Both the position numbers and the translations under genes were made by a program. Below, in pieces: positions 59,761-64,000 of a stretch of DNA of 64,000 bases. Source of the DNA: Alphaproteobacteria bacterium. Lineage in GTDB: Bacteria; Pseudomonadota; Alphaproteobacteria; SP197. Position 1 is the stretch's first letter, and each line of letters opens with the position of its first letter. The stretch is from NCBI GenBank assembly GCA_964291415.2, contig OZ219918.1, positions 896,001-960,000 of the forward strand, read 5' to 3'. A model generated the notes under the pieces. It had not been told where the DNA came from, made no database searches, and saw nothing but the letters and a program-made list of their open reading frames with translations.

Positions 59761-60798
59761 ATGGCAAGGCGGCATGTGGATATCGTTCACGTTGCAAGAC
59801 GGGCCGGGGTGTCTCCGGCGACCGTGTCGCGTGCCTTCAATCATCCTTCGCTCGTGCGAGCCGATACACGGTCGAAAATCTCGGCAGCGGTCGACGAACT
59901 CGGCTACATCCGCAACCGGGCGGCGCGATCCATCCACGGCAAGAGAAGCGGAACCATCGGCCTCATCGTTCCGACCGTCGACAACGCCATCTTCTCCCGG
60001 CTGATCCAGTCGTTTTCCGATGCCTTGAACCGCAAGGGCTTCACCCTCCTGCTGAGCGCCCACGGCTACGACCTTGAACGGGAGAAGGACCTGCTGCGTT
60101 CCTTTCTCGAGCATCGTGTCGACGGTATCGCGGTGATCGGCCTCGATCACGAGGACGCCACGTTCGCCCTGATCGAGGCCCGCCACGTGCCTGCGGTGGC
60201 GTTGTGGAACCATGATGGCGACTCGCGGATGTCCTGCGTAGGGCCCGAGAACCGCCAGGCGGGCTACCTGGCTGCGCGGCACCTCGTGGATCTCGGCCAC
60301 CGGCGGATCGGCCTGCTGTTTCCACCGACACCGGGCAACGACCGTGCGGCATCAAGGCTCGAGGGAGCCGAGGCGCTGCTGGAAGAACGCGGGGTCGATG
60401 TGCCGGACCGCTGGCGTATCGAGGCGGTCTACAGCATCGCGGCAGCCAAGCGAGCCTTCATCGACCTCATCGGCGACGGCGACATCCCGACGGGCCTCGT
60501 GGCTGGCAACGATGTCCTTGCCCAGGGCGCCGTGTTTGCGGCCACAGAGTGCGCGGTCTGTGTCCCCGACCAGGTGTCCGTGGTCGGGATCGGAGACTTC
60601 AGCGGTTCGGCCGAGATGACTCCTTCCCTCACGACGGTGCGGTTGCCGGCGGCCGGGATCGGCGAGGCAGGGGCGGAAGTCCTGCTCGAACTGGTGCGTT
60701 CCGAACGGCGCCATCCGCTGATCCGGCGCAATCTCCCGCTCGAACTCGTCACGCGCGCCTCCACGGCGCCACCGCCTGCCCCTGGAGAAGGAGCGTGA
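59761..60798 (+). CDS. LacI-family transcriptional regulator
   Basis: VARRAGVSPATVSRAFN, LGYIRN, NDVLAQG, PSLTTV. Confidence 0.93.
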   Translation: MARRHVDIVHVARRAGVSPATVSRAFNHPSLVRADTRSKISAAVDELGYIRNRAARSIHGKRSGTIGLIVPTVDNAIFSRLIQSFSDALNRKGFTLLLSAHGYDLEREKDLLRSFLEHRVDGIAVIGLDHEDATFALIEARHVPAVALWNHDGDSRMSCVGPENRQAGYLAARHLVDLGHRRIGLLFPPTPGNDRAASRLEGAEALLEERGVDVPDRWRIEAVYSIAAAKRAFIDLIGDGDIPTGLVAGNDVLAQGAVFAATECAVCVPDQVSVVGIGDFSGSAEMTPSLTTVRLPAAGIGEAGAEVLLELVRSERRHPLIRRNLPLELVTRASTAPPPAPGEGA

Positions 60799-60980
60799 CA
60801 ACGGTGTGGTGGTTGGTGACGTCGACCTGATCATGGATCGTAGACATCGTTGACGAGCAAGCACGCCGACTGGCACAGGCGTTCGGCAGAACAGTCGCCG
60901 AGCCAGTCGATCTGCTTGAGCCGCGCACCTCCACCTTGAGGTCCCGGCATGCCAGCCCACGAGGGTCAGCCCAGCGATCC

Positions 60981-61221
60981 TCGTGTTCCGCGACAACACG
61001 ACGCCGTCAGGGAAGGAGCGCGGGTCCTGGTCGTGGACGACCTGATCGCCACCCGAGGCACCGCGATGGCAGCCGTTCGCCTGCTGCGCCGCGCCAGCGC
61101 CAACATCGTTGGCGCGGACCGCGTTCGCCAGCGCGGCGTTCCCTGCCACTCCCTCGTCAGCTTCCGAGCATCGGCAGTTGTCGTCCGGCGACAAGAGGTA
61201 ACGTCCTTCCATGGCCGCGAA
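60981..61221 (+). pseudogene. apt: decayed second copy of apt plus its 3' flank
   Basis: 60981-61004 matches 52923-52946 (21/24). 60998-61221 matches 53184-53443 with scattered substitutions, a 36-bp deletion and TGA>CGA. Confidence 0.88.
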
Positions 61222-61588
61222 CTCGAACGATGCCAGTTGGAGGTTGTCCCGAAGGAACCCGACTTCGGGTACGACACCCAGAGCGGCCCTTCTCAGTGCC
61301 CTTCGGCGCTCAAGCCCTGCCGTGAGTGATCCGCAAGCTCCCGGACTTGACCAGGATTCACCGCAACGGTATCCCGCTGGTCCGGCTCAAGAGGATGTTC
61401 CCCACGGCGAAGGCGCAGTGTGTGACACTGCATTGGCTGCGGATCAACGAACGCGCAGCCCGGCAGAGCACGAGACGCCGTTTCGTTGCCATGAGCGGCA
61501 ATGTCACAGACGCTTCGCTGCGGCGACTTCACCTCTGGCACCGCGGTGAATTCGGGAACGAGAATGTGACCATGGTCAGGAGATAGCC

Positions 61589-62752
61589 ATGTTCCAGCAA
61601 AGCAGGATGTCAGAAACCAAGGCCACCTCGACCTGGAAGGTCGCCAGGCCCGAGGACGCTCACCAGTTGCCGTCGCGCTATTACTATGACGAAAACCTGC
61701 ATCGCGAGGAGCTCGACAAGATCGTCTACCCGGGATGGCACATGGCTTGCCACAAGAACGAGATTCCCGAGATCGGCGATTACGTCCTGCTCGACATCTG
61801 TGGTCAGAGCATCTTCGTCGTTCGCACTTCGGATCGCGAAATTGCGGGATTTCACAACGTTTGCCAGCACCGCGGATCATTGCTTCTTGGGGCATCGCGG
61901 GGAAAGGTCGAGCGCACGATTCGCTGCCGGAACCATGCGTGGTGCTATGGCCTGGACGGGGCGCTGCGCACTGCGCCCGCAGCAAGGGATGTCGAGGGCT
62001 TCGACCGCTCGAGATACTCGCTGAAACGCGTGTTGGTCGAAGAGGCCATGCACTGCATCTTCGTGAACATGGACCTCAATGCGGGTTCGTTGGGAGAGTC
62101 CATCCCGGGTGCCGCCGAATTGATGGCCGAGAGAATTCCCGACCTGGCGGACATGCGCCTGATTTCGGAAAACAGCTATGACGTCGAAGCCAACTGGAAG
62201 ATCATTATCGAGAATGCGATCGAAGGATATCACTTCAAGCTGTCCGACATGGGGCCCTATCATCAACAATTGATCCAGCACATCAACTGCAGGGAATATG
62301 ATCCGACGGCTTACGGAAAGTTCTGGGTTTACCAGGGCCATCGAGGGGAGCGTCTGACGGAAGCATATGGCAAACCGGTCGGCGATGAGCCGTTTCAGAC
62401 GGAATGGTTCTTCAACATGCAAATCTGGCCGATGACGACGCTGTTCACATTTCCCTATGTTGATTTCTTCGGCACGTTCAATCTCATGCCGCTCGGACCG
62501 GAAAGGACCAGGGTGGGTTTCAACTACTATCACCCGGACCGCGACGTCAGCGATGTCACCAGGGCATGCATCGAGTTCCAGACCAATCTGCTGGGTCCGG
62601 AAGACATTGCCCTGAATGAACTGCAGCAGCGCGGCATGCGGTCATTCGGGTACGACGCGGGCCCCTACATGGTGAACGACGCCCGGAAGGACTGGAGCGA
62701 GCATCTCCTCCATCACTTTCACGCCCTGATCCACGACGCGATGGCAGGCTAG
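61589..62752 (+). CDS. Rieske oxygenase alpha subunit (choline monooxygenase/CntA-like)
   Basis: HNVCQHRG...CRNHAW, NWKIIIENAIEGYH, EDI...QQRG, EHLLHHFH. Confidence 0.88.
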   Translation: MFQQSRMSETKATSTWKVARPEDAHQLPSRYYYDENLHREELDKIVYPGWHMACHKNEIPEIGDYVLLDICGQSIFVVRTSDREIAGFHNVCQHRGSLLLGASRGKVERTIRCRNHAWCYGLDGALRTAPAARDVEGFDRSRYSLKRVLVEEAMHCIFVNMDLNAGSLGESIPGAAELMAERIPDLADMRLISENSYDVEANWKIIIENAIEGYHFKLSDMGPYHQQLIQHINCREYDPTAYGKFWVYQGHRGERLTEAYGKPVGDEPFQTEWFFNMQIWPMTTLFTFPYVDFFGTFNLMPLGPERTRVGFNYYHPDRDVSDVTRACIEFQTNLLGPEDIALNELQQRGMRSFGYDAGPYMVNDARKDWSEHLLHHFHALIHDAMAG

Positions 62753-63084
62753 AAGTCCGACATGCACCGACCGCATTTCACGATGCTGTCCCTCGAAGCG
62801 CAAGATTCGTCCCCTGACGGCTGGTGATGGATAACGCCCAGAATCACGACCAAATCAGCGCTGACGCCGTATGCAATCAGGCGAGCGCCGTTGACGGTCG
62901 GTTCACGTGCCACCGGTGCCGGCACTCTCAGGGCAAACAAAGAAAACAAGGGGGATTACATACGAAAAGCACAAGTCCCGAGGCGTTCTGACACCATTTC
63001 CCAGACGACCGTGAACGACCTTGTGCCCGGAACGCATTTCCACAGACTCGATGCAACTGCCGTTTCGTTCGGCTAGTCGTCCCC

Positions 63085-63843
63085 CTATGTCATTCCCCTA
63101 AACTCAACCATGAGTGGAGCTGCTTCTTTACGGGGTCGAGCTTCTGTATCCACCCACGCCTTGCTGAGGCGCCGTGCTAGGGATTCGCTTGCCAATGCGA
63201 GATGAAGCCGAGAGGTGCCTTCGGCACTCCATCGAAAGCCGAAGGTAAAGCCGCGCGCCTGTTTCGGGTCTGGATGGGCCTCGCGATAGAGGTCGATGAA
63301 ACCCTGGTCCAGCAGCCGTTCAAGCGTGCTCTGCTCCCGTACCGAGTACCAGGGTTGTCGCGGTGGACCGTCCGCCCTGACGATGACGTTAAAGTCTCCG
63401 CACAACAAGCAGTCCCTGCTCGCATAGTCCGCACTACCTACATGGTCTCGCAAACGGTTCAACCACGCTACTCTTTGTGCAATCGCCGCGTCGGGTTTCT
63501 GACCACCCCCGTACGGAGCGTACACCGAGGCGATGCGGAGGCGGCCGATGTCCACGGCCAGAAATCGTGCTTCCTCCCCTTGGGAGTCCGGCAACCGGTC
63601 AGCGAACAACTCGGGTCGTCGCAGGTGGCAACGGCTTAGGAGCGCAACCCCAAGGTCCGACGCCGACACTCGACCAAGAAACACGCTCTCGTATCCGATG
63701 CCGCGTAGCGATTCGGTCGGGAAGTCCTTCGCCGCTCCAATTTTCTGGAGCGCTACGATATCCGGGCGCTGCTTGAGCAACCAGTTCCGAAGGTAACTCC
63801 ATCGTGTACGCATGGTATGGATGGAGAGAGTAGCGATCTTCAT
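63085..63843 (-). CDS. exodeoxyribonuclease III-like EEP-family protein, catalytic residues degenerate
   Basis: MKIAT, PDIVALQ, GVALLSR, SVYAP, CGDFN, FIDLYR follow the Xth layout. Confidence 0.78.
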   Translation of the reverse strand: MKIATLSIHTMRTRWSYLRNWLLKQRPDIVALQKIGAAKDFPTESLRGIGYESVFLGRVSASDLGVALLSRCHLRRPELFADRLPDSQGEEARFLAVDIGRLRIASVYAPYGGGQKPDAAIAQRVAWLNRLRDHVGSADYASRDCLLCGDFNVIVRADGPPRQPWYSVREQSTLERLLDQGFIDLYREAHPDPKQARGFTFGFRWSAEGTSRLHLALASESLARRLSKAWVDTEARPRKEAAPLMVEFRGMT

Positions 63844-64000
63844 GGTGGAGCACGACCAAGCCATTTGAATCGCCAAATCAAACGCAGAAACGAACTCGCT
63901 GCAACGATGAACTGCCGACTGCCCGGATAGCCGTTCCGGCTCCGCCACAAACGTTCGGCGAAATCCGTCCACACAGGCCGGTTTCATGGAATTGTCCGTC

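Noticed and set aside
60795-60940. Possible PIN/DUF3368-like remnant (VDEQARRLAQAFG)
   Set aside because: Too short and broken to support without a search.
62960-63002. tRNA 3'-end/att-like sequence ending in ACCA
   Set aside because: No T-loop GTTC motif or acceptor-stem pairing.

Overview
This GC-rich window comes from an alphaproteobacterial chromosome, probably Rhodospirillales-like. Markers are gcrA, class I lysS, tkt-gap-pgk, zapA-ssrS-ygfA and efp-suhB-motA/motB-like. The housekeeping blocks alternate with catabolic genes for methylated amines/betaines and sulfonates: two GcvT-family flavoproteins, a non-pyrrolysine MttB, a ProU-type ABC transporter, two orphan Rieske oxygenase alpha subunits, a BKACE, a GMC oxidoreductase and a sauS/sauT-tctABC-LacI module. 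The best candidate for a new system is an unannotated ~500-aa protein (16247-17752) directly followed by a PDR/VanB reductase. It has four pseudo-repeats, each with a His, and HxxT and HxxK motifs in the last two, which suggests a 4-His/carboxy-Lys non-heme iron oxygenase. Other notable features: (1) a MotB/OmpA-like protein with a long stalk containing 42-bp tandem repeats; (2) a sulfoacetate module bracketed by apt and a decayed apt copy; (3) SuhB and ExoIII homologues that look catalytically dead; (4) a leaderless AAA/DUF4143 ATPase whose promoter is covered by a palindrome. Frameshifts cluster at 34.3-42.8 kb (hipA, pgk, gap, cocE) and are most likely sequencing/consensus errors. All calls come from motif recognition by eye; no searches were run.
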